A DNA stretch of 45,778 nt, taken from the IMG/VR virus record IMGVR_UViG_3300037422_000629, positions 1-45,778 of that record; one strand, given 5' to 3'. The first letter of the stretch is position 1; every line of letters starts with the position of its first letter. The notes below the pieces were generated by a model. That model saw only the letters and a list, made by a program, of their open reading frames with translations. It did not search any database and was not told the origin of the DNA. This DNA is from a virus (taxonomy: Duplodnaviria; Caudoviricetes). The position numbers and the translations under genes were made by a program. Below are positions 9,910 to 19,282 of the stretch, in pieces.

Positions 9910-10407
9910 TTAATTGCTGAGTAAGGTCTCGACGCGGTAATAGCCGCCGAGTTGATAAATGGTTTTGGCGTCGTCCGCCGGTTGCGGCAACGAAAACTCC
10001 GCCGGCTGTTCGCGCCAGATATTGAATGAATAGCCGGGCGCTTGGGCATAACTGACCAGCCGCGCGCTGTGCAGCAGCGCATCGAGCGCGTCAGCCGCCG
10101 CCATAAATTCCGCGCTCACCGCGCCCGCTATGGTTTCCGTGAGCCGCACGCTCCACAGCGGGCGGGCGATGAACCGCTTCTTGCCCACGCCCATCAGGTC
10201 TTCGCCGGCGATGAATTGCGCCAAGACGTAAGGACGGGTTTCGGCCTGCGGGGCGCGGCGGAAGTAGATTCTGAATGCGCCGGAGGTGGAAATGTACGCG
10301 GCGAGCGTCGCGTAGGCGGCCAGGATTTCCGCCGCTTCGCCCGTTGGCTCTGTGGAAAGCCGCCTGACTATCGCCAGCCGTGCCGCGCTGAGTTCGTTGC
10401 CCGTCAT
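9910..10407 (-). CDS. Tail terminator/completion protein
   Basis: RIY...APQ....PYV motif; between the HK97 gp10-like gene and the tail tube gene. Confidence 0.7.
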   Translation of the reverse strand: MTGNELSAARLAIVRRLSTEPTGEAAEILAAYATLAAYISTSGAFRIYFRRAPQAETRPYVLAQFIAGEDLMGVGKKRFIARPLWSVRLTETIAGAVSAEFMAAADALDALLHSARLVSYAQAPGYSFNIWREQPAEFSLPQPADDAKTIYQLGGYYRVETLLSN

Positions 10408-10410
10408 TCA

Positions 10411-10701
10411 TTACCTCCTGCGCGCCGCCTCCACCGCCGGCATAAAGAACGGCTGGTCGGCCTCGACGAAGACCGCGTAATCCACCGCGCCGCCGCCGGC
10501 GCTCACCTCCGCGCTGCCGTCCGAGGGATGCGCTGCGACGGCGATGGAAGAGCGCAACGCGCCCGTTCTGACCGGACAGAGTTCGCGGGCGCGCGCGGCG
10601 GCCTCTTCCGCCGTCTCTGCGTTCAACCGGGCGGCCAGCCGTGCGGTTTCCCGCCGGACTTCGGCGGCCCGGTTGCCACTGCTGCGAATCGTCACGCCCA
10701 T
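10411..10701 (-). CDS. HK97 gp10-like neck/tail completion protein
   Basis: A...CPVRTGALRSSI, YA.FVE, QPFF.PA motifs; start taken at ATG 10701. Confidence 0.85.
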   Translation of the reverse strand: MGVTIRSSGNRAAEVRRETARLAARLNAETAEEAAARARELCPVRTGALRSSIAVAAHPSDGSAEVSAGGGAVDYAVFVEADQPFFMPAVEAARRR

Positions 10702-10708
10702 CCGCTCG

Positions 10709-11032
10709 TCAAGCCTCTTCTCCGCCGATGGTCTCTCCGGCTGCCGCGCCGCCGGCGTCTGTCGCAATGATGTCGCCGGCGGCCAGCGGCGCGCCTCGGA
10801 TGGCGCCGGACGCCGGCGACATCGGTTTGGCGATTCTCACTTCCACTTTCTCGCCGGCGGCCAGCGGCGCGTCATCCCCTTCGTCCACGTCGAGCCGCAG
10901 CGCCAAAACGTGCGGCCTATCCCCGTCGCCGCCGCCGAGCCGGACCTCAAAGAAGCCTGGCCCCGGGCTGACGCTCGTGACTGTGGCCTCAAATTTGGCA
11001 ATCATTTGATTTCTTTGCTTGCTCATAGCCAC
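10709..11032 (-). CDS. Hypothetical protein
   Basis: RBS GAGGAG; fills the gap in the structural operon. Confidence 0.6.
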   Translation of the reverse strand: MAMSKQRNQMIAKFEATVTSVSPGPGFFEVRLGGGDGDRPHVLALRLDVDEGDDAPLAAGEKVEVRIAKPMSPASGAIRGAPLAAGDIIATDAGGAAAGETIGGEEA

Positions 11033-11064
11033 TACTCCTCAATCGCCAGGTCAAAATTCATAAT

Positions 11065-11976
11065 TCATCGTAATTCAATCACACTGACATTGACGTTTGT
11101 AAACGTCGCCGTGCCGCCCGTCACCGCCGCTTGTTCGAGGTCAATCCAATAAGCTGTGCCGATGGTCAGCCCGGTGACAATCGCTTGGCGGCTAAACGGG
11201 TTTACTACCGTTCCGGTGGCTGAACTGGAGACGACGCAACTGCCGCCGATAGTTCCGCCGACTTGAGTTCCGGTCAAAGCCGCGCCGTTGGCCGGCGCGG
11301 CTCCCGTGCCGTAACGAATCGCCCCTTTGTAGCCGTTGTCGCCAGTTCCGTTAGTCCCTTGCCCCGAAATTATTATCAGGGCGACGCCTGATGTTTTCGG
11401 GGTGAAAGCAACGGCTAACCCGGCGTGAACTCCGGTCGTCGAAGTCGTGCCAGTGGGATTGGCTCCGGTTGACGAGCCGTAATTCGCCGCCCGGCAATAA
11501 CTCACGCATCTGATGACATCAGAGCCTTCCGAGACTATACCCATCACATCGCCGGCAGAGGTTTTGACGTTTTGCGCGTTGGGCAAAATCAAGGTCGCAC
11601 TGTGCGTCAACGTCAACGCGCCGGCGAATTTCAACCAGGCGACGCGCCCGGCTTTGTCGGTGGCGAAATCAATATCGGTAATCGTCGTCGTGCCGGTTAC
11701 GTTAAAGTAACCGCCCTCGCCTAACGAGATGGCCCCGGCAGAAGCGATGTCTGAGCCTTGCTCCCACAGCGCAGCTAAGGCGTCAGGCGTTACGGTTTTG
11801 CTGGTGTTCGTGCCGATCAGCACATCGGTTGTTGATGCTAAAGAAGCGCCGCCAATCGTTTCTATCTTGTCAAAGACCGCGTTTTTTGTGGGTGCGTTTA
11901 GATCCCCGTCCCAACCCGCGCCATATGCGGCGTCGGAAATCGGAAGTTGTCTGACGGCCACCAAGGTTTCTGCCAT
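11065..11976 (-). CDS. Putative fibre/decoration structural protein
   Basis: G/T/S-rich; AS..DV..GT...K.VTP..L fibre motif; DIASA..I.LG...YF.VTGTTTI; beta-rich C-terminal domain. Confidence 0.65.
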   Translation of the reverse strand: MAETLVAVRQLPISDAAYGAGWDGDLNAPTKNAVFDKIETIGGASLASTTDVLIGTNTSKTVTPDALAALWEQGSDIASAGAISLGEGGYFNVTGTTTITDIDFATDKAGRVAWLKFAGALTLTHSATLILPNAQNVKTSAGDVMGIVSEGSDVIRCVSYCRAANYGSSTGANPTGTTSTTGVHAGLAVAFTPKTSGVALIIISGQGTNGTGDNGYKGAIRYGTGAAPANGAALTGTQVGGTIGGSCVVSSSATGTVVNPFSRQAIVTGLTIGTAYWIDLEQAAVTGGTATFTNVNVSVIELR

Positions 11977-11983
11977 TATTCAC

Positions 11984-12811
11984 CTATTTCCTGTATGACG
12001 CCCTGAGTTTCTCGCCGCTCAACGGGGCGGTCGTCATCGTGATAGTGGCCCCGCTGATGGTGTAATCGTTACCCCCGCCCGACTCCTGTAAAACCCCGTT
12101 CAGATACAAGTGTTCGCTGCCAGCAACGGGCGTGTTCGCCAGCGTAAACGTCGTGTTCGAACCGTTGATGGAGCCGCTGGGAATCTCCTTGTCAACGAAA
12201 TTCGAGGAACTTAGCCCAGTGCTGTTGACCTGCTGCCAGGTGATGGCGGTGGTCTCTAACGTGCCGCCCGCATTTGAAACGCAGAGCCAAATGGTGTCAG
12301 CGTTCGTCGAACCCTCTTCGACTATCACCAACGCGCCCGGAACTTCGGCCCAGTTGTCCATATCCGTCACGCGGGTCAAGGCCGAGCCGGAGCCGTTGAA
12401 GGTGTAAATGCCGTTCTCCGCCGACGCGCTCTGGTTTTTGAGCAACAGGCGCTCGCCGTTGGAGAGCGTCACGCCGTCGAAGGAGGCCGTGCCGGGATTG
12501 CTGACGTTGACGTTGCCAGTGGAGGCCGCCCGCGCCGAACCCTTGCTGTCAAACAAGGAATTCAAATTGGAGATAGCTGTGTCAACATAATCTCTGGTGG
12601 CGGCGTCCGTCCCGGCGGATGGCGTGCCAAGGTTGGTGATGCGGTTGCCGCCATGCGATTGGTTGCCGGTGAAGGCCACCGAGCCGTCTTTGTTGACGAA
12701 ATTGGCGCCGTCCGCCAATTTGCTGCTGGCAATAGCGGCTCCGGCGGCGACTTTCACGTTGTCAATCGCGCCGTCCGCAATTTGTCGGTTGGTAATCTGC
12801 GTTGTCGCCAT
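11984..12811 (-). CDS. Putative fibre/decoration structural protein
   Basis: RITNL.TP....DAAT..YVD and R.AST.N....DGVTL..GER.LLKNQ....ENGIY fibre-type motifs. Confidence 0.7.
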   Translation of the reverse strand: MATTQITNRQIADGAIDNVKVAAGAAIASSKLADGANFVNKDGSVAFTGNQSHGGNRITNLGTPSAGTDAATRDYVDTAISNLNSLFDSKGSARAASTGNVNVSNPGTASFDGVTLSNGERLLLKNQSASAENGIYTFNGSGSALTRVTDMDNWAEVPGALVIVEEGSTNADTIWLCVSNAGGTLETTAITWQQVNSTGLSSSNFVDKEIPSGSINGSNTTFTLANTPVAGSEHLYLNGVLQESGGGNDYTISGATITMTTAPLSGEKLRASYRK

Positions 12812-12814
12812 TGC

Positions 12815-13486
12815 TTATGCCTTTTGGTAATCAGTTTCGACGTAATCACCGGTTTGCGGCGAGTCGGTGAAGATAATGGTGTTTTGGCCGCTCGTCACGA
12901 AATCCACGCCGGCGCGTTGTTCGAGGCCGTTGATGGAGACCTGCACCGACTCCGGCACGAAGGCGAAGGCGGTCGTAAAGGTCGCGTTGCTGCCGTTAAT
13001 TGCGCCGGCCGGCGCTTCGTTGAAGACAAACCCGCCGCTCGCCTGCCACTGAATGGGCGTCCCCGAAGGCCCCGCGCCGTTCTCGTCCAGGCGACCCTCG
13101 ACTTCCAAAAAGACGCTCATCGCCTCGCGGCGCACGCCCAGGAGGTCGAAGACGCGCTCCGGCTCCGCGCCCCGCGCCGCCACGCGCAGCCTATCGCTGG
13201 CGCGCGCGTCCAAATCCGTTCCGTCGGCCCGGCGATAAGGGAGCCGCAGGACGTAATCGCCGGTTTCTATCAATCGCCCCGCCTCGCGGTCCCGACGGGC
13301 GTTTGACGGGCGATAATCCAACGGCACGTTCTGAGCCACCCAACCCCAAACTTGCGTGGTTCCGCCGGCCCCGTCGGGCGTTTCGGTGAGCCTCTCCAGC
13401 GTCGCCACGTCGGGCATGAATTCGAGGGCCAGCACGGTATTGATGTCCGCCCTGACCTCTTCTATGACCGCGCCAATGTCCGTCAC
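12815..13486 (-). CDS. Head closure/head-tail adaptor with an extra C-terminal beta domain
   Basis: MPD.ATL.R....DGAGG....W and LP.....A.DR motifs; C-terminal E.P.G.INGSN.TFT domain shared with 11984..12811. Confidence 0.7.
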   Translation of the reverse strand: MTDIGAVIEEVRADINTVLALEFMPDVATLERLTETPDGAGGTTQVWGWVAQNVPLDYRPSNARRDREAGRLIETGDYVLRLPYRRADGTDLDARASDRLRVAARGAEPERVFDLLGVRREAMSVFLEVEGRLDENGAGPSGTPIQWQASGGFVFNEAPAGAINGSNATFTTAFAFVPESVQVSINGLEQRAGVDFVTSGQNTIIFTDSPQTGDYVETDYQKA

Positions 13487-13487
13487 G

Positions 13488-13778
13488 TCAAGCCCTCACT
13501 TTCCGCACCACGCCGGGATAGGATGGCAGCCCCAACATCACCAACACCCGTTCTTTGATGGCCGCGCGGCTGCGCGCTGGGTTGTAGTCCACGCCGTCTT
13601 TGCCGCCCTTCAATTTCGTGTGCTTGTCGCGCAGCGTGTTCCAGAGCGTGAGGTCGCCGCGCAAAACGGTTTCCTGCGCCGCCGTCAGGTCGTTGTAGTC
13701 CACAATCACTTGAGCGCTGTGGTGCAGCTCCTGGATGATTTCGGCTACGGTGGCGATTTCTGCATCGGTGAGGGCCAT
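13488..13778 (-). CDS. Putative head-tail connector
   Basis: 96 aa, translationally coupled, second gene after the capsid gene. Confidence 0.55.
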   Translation of the reverse strand: MALTDAEIATVAEIIQELHHSAQVIVDYNDLTAAQETVLRGDLTLWNTLRDKHTKLKGGKDGVDYNPARSRAAIKERVLVMLGLPSYPGVVRKVRA

Positions 13779-14035
13779 TATTCGCTACCGGCTTCGAGAG
13801 CGGCGATGATGGCCGCGTTGGTCGCGCCTTCCGGGATGGCCAGGTTCAGCGCGGCGGCTTTAGCCAGCAACTCGGCTTTGTTCATCTTGGCGAGCGGCTT
13901 GGCCGGCTTTGTCTCGCAGGTTTCAGCGGCTTCCGGCGATTCGTGGACAGCGGCGTCGAAATCGGCTTCGTTGATGATAAACACGCCGCGCTCCGGCTCC
14001 GCCTGCAGGCGCACTACAAGGGTTGGAATCAACAT
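13778..14035 (-). CDS. Small protein with HeH/LEM-like C-terminus
   Basis: IINE.DFD...HE and LAKMNKAELL..A.......A....II..L motifs; this kind of gene often follows capsid genes. Confidence 0.7.
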   Translation of the reverse strand: MLIPTLVVRLQAEPERGVFIINEADFDAAVHESPEAAETCETKPAKPLAKMNKAELLAKAAALNLAIPEGATNAAIIAALEAGSE

Positions 14036-14050
14036 AGAAAAATACCAGAA

Positions 14051-14086
14051 CCTGCGCCGCGCTCATCGGCTTGAGCGCGGCGCAGG
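14051..14086 (-). terminator. Hairpin downstream of the capsid gene
   Basis: CCTGCGCCGCGCTCA-N6-TGAGCGCGGCGCAGG (15-bp stem), followed on the minus strand by TTCTGGTATTTTT. Confidence 0.7.
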
Positions 14087-14094
14087 CCAGGAAA

Positions 14095-15234
14095 TTAACC
14101 GGCGATACGGACGCCCAATTCGGGCCGCACCAGTTTGACGCCATAGAGCAGGGAAAATTCCCACACCGTCTGCTTGTACTGGCGCGAGATTTCCAGCGCT
14201 AGGGTAATGCGCGTCTGCGGGTCGGTGACCTGCATGAACTCGTTGCCGCCCTTGAACTCGGTGTCGGCGATGGGCCGGTTGGCGAAGGCGAAGGCGTCGC
14301 GGTGGAAGGCCAGATTGACGACGTGCGAGGCTTTGAGCGTCACGGCAGCGTTGTCGGCGACGTTGGCTGTCAAGGCCGGGCTAATCGGCAGAGTCCCGAC
14401 GCCGGAGCCGTCGAGCGTCACGTCGGCGGTGAGGGCGTAAGTTTGGCTGTGGCCGGCGAAGGTCACGATGTCACCCTTTTTGTAGGTGCCGGTCACGCCG
14501 CCGCCGTCAATGGCGACGGAGGTTGCGCCGGCTGACGCTGCGCCGTTGACCAGCGGCGTCCCGCCCGGCACGCCCGCCGTGTGCGTCACCACCTGGTCGT
14601 CGGCGTACCAGTCGAGGCCGTATTTGCGCCCGATTTTGCCTTCCAGCTTGACCATGTTCTCGCCGGCTTTGTCGGCGTCGGCGAAGGCGGCCAGAGCCAA
14701 GGCGTTCGCCTCGGCGTCGAAGTTCAGCACGCCGCGACGGTTATTCAGCGGGCACAATTGTTGGTTCAACACCTTGCGCGCTTGCACGGCGGCGGCCGTG
14801 TCGGAGGCGAAGGGCGTCACGCCGGGAGTGCCGACGAAGCCGTAAATCCCCGTGTATTCAGCGTGAATGTCGGCGTTGACCTGGTTGGCCAGGGCGCGAA
14901 GGGCTTCGCCGATTTGCATCGGGAAAAAGTTTTTGTCGGCCTCGATTTCCTTGATTTGCTTGTCGGTCAAGTGGAAGTCGCTCTTTTTCCACTTATTGAG
15001 CGAGATTTGCACCGTCGTCGGCGTGATGTTGGCCGGGGCCGGCGCGGTATTGGAGGGCGTGACATCGCTTACCGTCTGCGCGGTTGGCACGGGCACGTCA
15101 ATGGTCGCCCCGACCATTTCAGCGTCCTTGCTGTAGTCGGCGTTGACCAATTGCGGCATGACGCACTGCTCGCGCAGCGCCATCAAGCCCCTGGCGATGA
15201 TTTTCGGCATGATAGCCGTAAGGGTGTTAGGCAT
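14095..15234 (-). CDS. Major capsid protein (P22 coat-like, HK97 fold)
   Basis: N.LT.....I....L.ALRE..VM..LVN.DY, G.TI.VP.P, NLAFHRDAFA.A.RP, LYGVK.VRPEL..RI; follows the scaffold gene. Confidence 0.93.
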   Translation of the reverse strand: MPNTLTAIMPKIIARGLMALREQCVMPQLVNADYSKDAEMVGATIDVPVPTAQTVSDVTPSNTAPAPANITPTTVQISLNKWKKSDFHLTDKQIKEIEADKNFFPMQIGEALRALANQVNADIHAEYTGIYGFVGTPGVTPFASDTAAAVQARKVLNQQLCPLNNRRGVLNFDAEANALALAAFADADKAGENMVKLEGKIGRKYGLDWYADDQVVTHTAGVPGGTPLVNGAASAGATSVAIDGGGVTGTYKKGDIVTFAGHSQTYALTADVTLDGSGVGTLPISPALTANVADNAAVTLKASHVVNLAFHRDAFAFANRPIADTEFKGGNEFMQVTDPQTRITLALEISRQYKQTVWEFSLLYGVKLVRPELGVRIAG

Positions 15235-15282
15235 AGCAGTTCCTTAAATTCTTTAACTTGGTTCGATTGGTGAAATGAAAGC

Positions 15283-16065
15283 TCATTCGACGACTGTGAT
15301 TTCGCCTTTGGCGATGGCTTCCAGATGGGCGGCAATCGCCTCCGTGTCGCCCGCTCTGACGGTTTTCGCCCCGCCGCCGCCCGCCGTATGCACGCCTCCG
15401 CCGCTGCCGCCCGCGTTGGTCGCTTTGAAGGCCACGCCGAAAGTCGCGTTGGCCTTGAACTCCTCGACAAGTTCCAGCACGCTCATAAAATTCCCCACGG
15501 AATCTTTGAGGCGCGGATTGCCCTTGTCGTCCACCACCCGCACGACGAAGCGTTTCGCTTCGCCGTCCCCCTCTTCGACCATCTTGAGCCTCGCGCGGAC
15601 GTGCGGCAGCAATATCTCCGGCACGCCCTGGGCCGCGCTGATGGCGGCGATGGCGTCGGCTTCGAGGTATTTGGCCTCCAACTGGCCGGTCAGGAACCGT
15701 TCGCGCTCGTCGCGCCTGGCGAGTTCCTGCGCCTGCTTGTCGGTCTGCTGCCTGAGCAGGTCGTTGTAGCGGCCCTCGTCGAGAGCTTTTTGCTGTTCGG
15801 CCTTCTCGCGCTCTTCCTTGAGCTTGGCGATGTCGTCGGCAGTCAAACCGGCGGCCTTGAACTTTGCCAGCTCATCGGCGGCGGCCCTTTTTTCGGCCAA
15901 CAGCGTTTCCGCGTTCTTTTTCAAGCCCGCGATTCGCCCGGCGGCCAGCGTTTCCACTTCGGCGGCTTCAATGTCGAGCACGTATTTGCCGTCTTTCTCG
16001 GCATACAAAGAGCGTAGAGCCTCTGGAATTTCATCCAGTTTGGCGTAGGTGGCTTTCAGTGGCAT
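15283..16065 (-). CDS. Capsid scaffolding protein
   Basis: MPLKA....LDEIPE.LRSLY.EKDGKYVLD, coiled coil, C-terminal F.A...GGSG; RBS GGAG before ATG 16065. Confidence 0.85.
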   Translation of the reverse strand: MPLKATYAKLDEIPEALRSLYAEKDGKYVLDIEAAEVETLAAGRIAGLKKNAETLLAEKRAAADELAKFKAAGLTADDIAKLKEEREKAEQQKALDEGRYNDLLRQQTDKQAQELARRDERERFLTGQLEAKYLEADAIAAISAAQGVPEILLPHVRARLKMVEEGDGEAKRFVVRVVDDKGNPRLKDSVGNFMSVLELVEEFKANATFGVAFKATNAGGSGGGVHTAGGGGAKTVRAGDTEAIAAHLEAIAKGEITVVE

Positions 16066-16230
16066 GGTGTTTGGTTCTCCGTGCGGCCCTGCCGCGTGCG
16101 GTTTCCGGCCCTGCCGGCGTTGGTTGGAAATGGGGGTGAGGACGCGAACTTTTTTTCTTGCCTTGGCGTGCAGCGGACTGACCAACCTCCTGGCGGCGCA
16201 CCGCGCACAGCATTTGCAAGCGCAGAGCGC

Positions 16231-16281
16231 AAATTACCACAAACGGCGCGCGCCGCTCGTTTCCGAGCGGGATACAATTCC
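16231..16281 (-). promoter_or_regulatory. Putative late promoter upstream of scaffold/capsid
   Basis: GGAATTGTATCC-N3-TCGGAA-N24-TAATTT with TG extension; same layout as 23832-23882. Confidence 0.6.
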
Positions 16282-16300
16282 GGGCGGCAGCCTGTTTGAC

Positions 16301-17312
16301 TTAATCGCCGCGGCGTAAGCAGTGCGGGCTAAACCAAATTCGTTCTTTGGCGGCATTGTTATTCGTGCCGTCTCGTCGCTGCTTGCCGTAGCCGCCTCTT
16401 GTTTTCCAGGCCCACTCTATCCAGGAGGAAGGCATTTTGTGTTCGCCGTCGTAGCCGCATAGGGCGATTCTCAGCAATTGGATTATCCCCGTTGGCAACT
16501 GCCCATTGACGGACGAGGTGCGCTACCTGGTCGCAATCAACCCTGTATAAATCCCTGTCGCGTTTTGCCGTATCCGCATATGGCGGGTCCAGAAACACGC
16601 CGCAAATCCCGTATTTGAACGTCGCCGTCGGGCCGCAGACGCGCTCCCAATCGCCGCAGCAAATACGCACATCACGTAAGCGGTTTTGGAGCTCCCGCAT
16701 TGTTTGTAGCAAGTGTGCACGCCGCTTCGCGCACTGGTCTAAATCTCCCAAGTGCGGGAGTTGGCGGTTGATGCCCTGCCCCCTGTTTAAGTGCGGGCGC
16801 GCCCGCCAAACACCGCCAACTTGCGATTTTCCAGTCTTGACCAGCAAACCATCCACAACGCGCCAAGGGCCTTTTCCGCTACACCAGCCAGAACCAATCC
16901 AGGCGCAAATGCCCCACAGCCACCAACCGGCAATCTTGGCGTCGAAAAAGTCAGGGTCGCCTTCCAGTTGGGCTTGCAGTGAATCTTTGCGCTGCACTAG
17001 CCAGGCGTGGCGGGCGTGCAAGTCGTTTTCAAAAATCGGATTATCCGCCCACTTCGCCACCGCGTCCGGTTCGCTCTGGACGGCGCGCCAGAAGTTCGCA
17101 ATCAGACCGTCGGCGTCATTGATGGTTTCGGCGCGCAACTTTTTGTGCCAGGCTGGACGCGCCAAGATTGTCGCAGCGCTGCCGGCGAAGGGCTCAACGT
17201 AACTCGCTACGTCACCGAACCGCGCCCACACTTCCGGCGCGGCAACGCCCTTGCCGCCGAAGTACGGGAAGGGCGCTTTAAGCGCCGCGCCGGGCGTAGA
17301 TTGTTTATCCAT
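16301..17312 (-). pseudogene. D12/Dam-like DNA adenine methyltransferase with a +1 frameshift at ~16478
   Basis: PFPYFGGK, YVEPFAGS, ETIND, FLDPPY motifs; the C-terminus LLRIALCGYDGEH...ERIWFSPHCL is in another frame; span of 1012 bp is 3n+1. Confidence 0.85.
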
Positions 17313-17472
17313 CCGTTTCTTCCGCTGTCAGCCAATCGCCTACAAACGGCTGTTTTCGATACAGATACTCCTGCACGGCGTCAATCTCCGCGTCCGTGAT
17401 TTCCGCCAGCGCGTCCATCTCCGCCTCGCTCCAATCCGCCGCCGGGCCTGGTTTGATTTTATCGCCTGTCAT
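17305..17472 (-). CDS. Small acidic hypothetical protein (55 aa)
   Basis: MTGDKIKPGPAADWSEAEMDALAEITDAEIDAV...; overlaps both neighbours. Confidence 0.6.
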   Translation of the reverse strand: MTGDKIKPGPAADWSEAEMDALAEITDAEIDAVQEYLYRKQPFVGDWLTAEETDG

Positions 17473-17519
17473 TTCTTCTTAGGCTTGGGCTTCTTTTTCG
17501 GTTTTGGCATCGCCTTCAT
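17469..17519 (-). CDS. 16-aa Lys/Pro micropeptide MKAMPKPKKKPKPKKK
   Basis: RBS GGAGGTG upstream; ATGA overlap with the next gene. Confidence 0.45.
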   Translation of the reverse strand: MKAMPKPKKKPKPKKK

Positions 17520-17535
17520 CGTTCTCACCTCCGTT

Positions 17536-18999
17536 CTAAGCGCTTCCTGCGCCGCCTGGCAGCGCGTCGCGCTCAATCTGCGTCATGCCGGCGGCCTTGT
17601 CACCGTCTAGCCGCGCCACTTCCTGCTTGGCGTCGAAATCAGCCGGCAGGCGTCTGGCCCGCTTCAGCACGGCCCACAACGATTCGAGACTCAGTTGCCG
17701 GTCGTTGACCATGCTGCGATATTCCCTCATTTGCTCCTCAGTGAGCGTCAATGTGTCGAAGGCGGCTCGGAGTTCCACCGAGCCGCCGTCTTTGACGCCC
17801 AAAAACTGCGCGTGAAACATGAGCGCGTTTTCAAGAGCGTCTTTGAGGTTATTCGCCATGCCGGCGAGTTCGGAGGCCGATTCCGCCGCGCTCAGACGCA
17901 CTTCCGTCGCAGTCTGCGCCGCCGCGTCCTTTTCGGCCAACATTTCCAGGCCCATCACCGCCATCTGGCGTTCCAACGCGGTGATGCGGGTTTCGGCGCG
18001 GACGATGCCGGCCCCGGTGATTTCGGCGTAGCCCAACGCGCTGTCGGGGCCGTCCTGCAAGTCAATCAGGATGCTGGCCCCGACGGGTTGCATCGGCGTC
18101 GCCTTGTCGCGGCCCTTAGCCCACAACAGCGGCACGCACGAAAGGTGAATCACGTTGTCGAGGTCGCTGGTCAGTTGATAGTGTCGCACGTTGAGATAGG
18201 CTAATTCGAGCAACGGCGGTTCGCTGACAAAATGGCCTTTTTTCTTCTGGCACGTCACCGCCGCCAAGGGGATGTCGGGCAAAGGTTGGCCGCCGGGCGC
18301 GAGAAATTGCCCGGCGGCTTCCAGGAGTAGTTCATCCTCTTTTTCGGCTTGGCGATATAGCTCCCAGCCGCCGGGCCACAACACGCGATAGCGCGTCACC
18401 TCTTTTTCACCGAACCGGCCGTCCGGTTCGACGGTCTTCTCACAGAAAGTAATGTGCGCCAACTGCGTGCGTCCGCCGACCTTGCGCGTGGACCAATTCA
18501 TCGCCTGCCTCGCATCGTAGAGTCGCCAATACGGGCGATGCTCCGCCGCCCGTTCGTCGGCCAGCGTGGGTTGCATTGCGCCGACACTGCTTTCCGTGAG
18601 CCGCGGCGGCATGTCCACCATCAGGAAGGCGTGGCCGTCGCGCACCGCCATCGCAAACAAATCCTTCGCCAGTTCCGTCCAGTGCGTGCCGGCCAAATCC
18701 GCGTTCTCTAGTTGCGCGGCAATCTCCCCGTCCACGTCGGCGGCCAACGTCGGCGGCTCGTGAAAGACCAGCCCTGTCAGACCCCGCACGGTGCGCTTGA
18801 AGCAATTGAAAAACACAGCGCGGCTGAGGCGCGTTTGGTAGGAGTCGTTATCCTCCGCCGGCTCTTGTGGGAGATAGGCTTTGCCTTTGGCGCGCAATGC
18901 TTTAGTGCCGCCGAAAACGTCGGCCACCATCATCCAGCAGGCGGCCATGGCTTCGTAAGCGACGCTGCAATAATCGGGTCGGTTCTTTTTGTCTTCCAT
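17536..18999 (-). CDS. Portal protein (DUF4055 family)
   Basis: GGT.ALRA.G..YLPQEPAE....Y..RL.RA...N...RTV.GL.G.VF; PPLL.LA.LN..HYQ..SD. Confidence 0.92.
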   Translation of the reverse strand: MEDKKNRPDYCSVAYEAMAACWMMVADVFGGTKALRAKGKAYLPQEPAEDNDSYQTRLSRAVFFNCFKRTVRGLTGLVFHEPPTLAADVDGEIAAQLENADLAGTHWTELAKDLFAMAVRDGHAFLMVDMPPRLTESSVGAMQPTLADERAAEHRPYWRLYDARQAMNWSTRKVGGRTQLAHITFCEKTVEPDGRFGEKEVTRYRVLWPGGWELYRQAEKEDELLLEAAGQFLAPGGQPLPDIPLAAVTCQKKKGHFVSEPPLLELAYLNVRHYQLTSDLDNVIHLSCVPLLWAKGRDKATPMQPVGASILIDLQDGPDSALGYAEITGAGIVRAETRITALERQMAVMGLEMLAEKDAAAQTATEVRLSAAESASELAGMANNLKDALENALMFHAQFLGVKDGGSVELRAAFDTLTLTEEQMREYRSMVNDRQLSLESLWAVLKRARRLPADFDAKQEVARLDGDKAAGMTQIERDALPGGAGSA

Positions 19000-19169
19000 A
19001 GCGTTAAAGTCGGCTTAATCGTCTGCTATGCCGCCGGCGTACACTTCCAGGCACGCGGTCAACTCCGGCACGCGGGTCGTTGCGGTTTCGGTGTTTAGCA
19101 TCAAATCCCCTCCAGCCAGCCAGCGAGGCTCTGGTCGTCATTCAGCAAGCCAACTCTCCGGCTAACCAC

Positions 19170-19274
19170 TTACGCGCCGCCGGCCTCAAGCGGCAACTCC
19201 AACAGGGAAGCTAGACAAGCGCTGAAACAATCGCCTTGCCCGGCGTCAACGATTTCCTGAAAAACCAATTTCAC
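19170..19274 (-). pseudogene. Truncated papain-like/C39-like phage gene remnant
   Basis: GDCFSACLASLLELPLE resembles the N-terminal Cys motif of a common phage family but stops after 34 codons. Confidence 0.45.
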
Positions 19275-19282
19275 TCTTCCCC

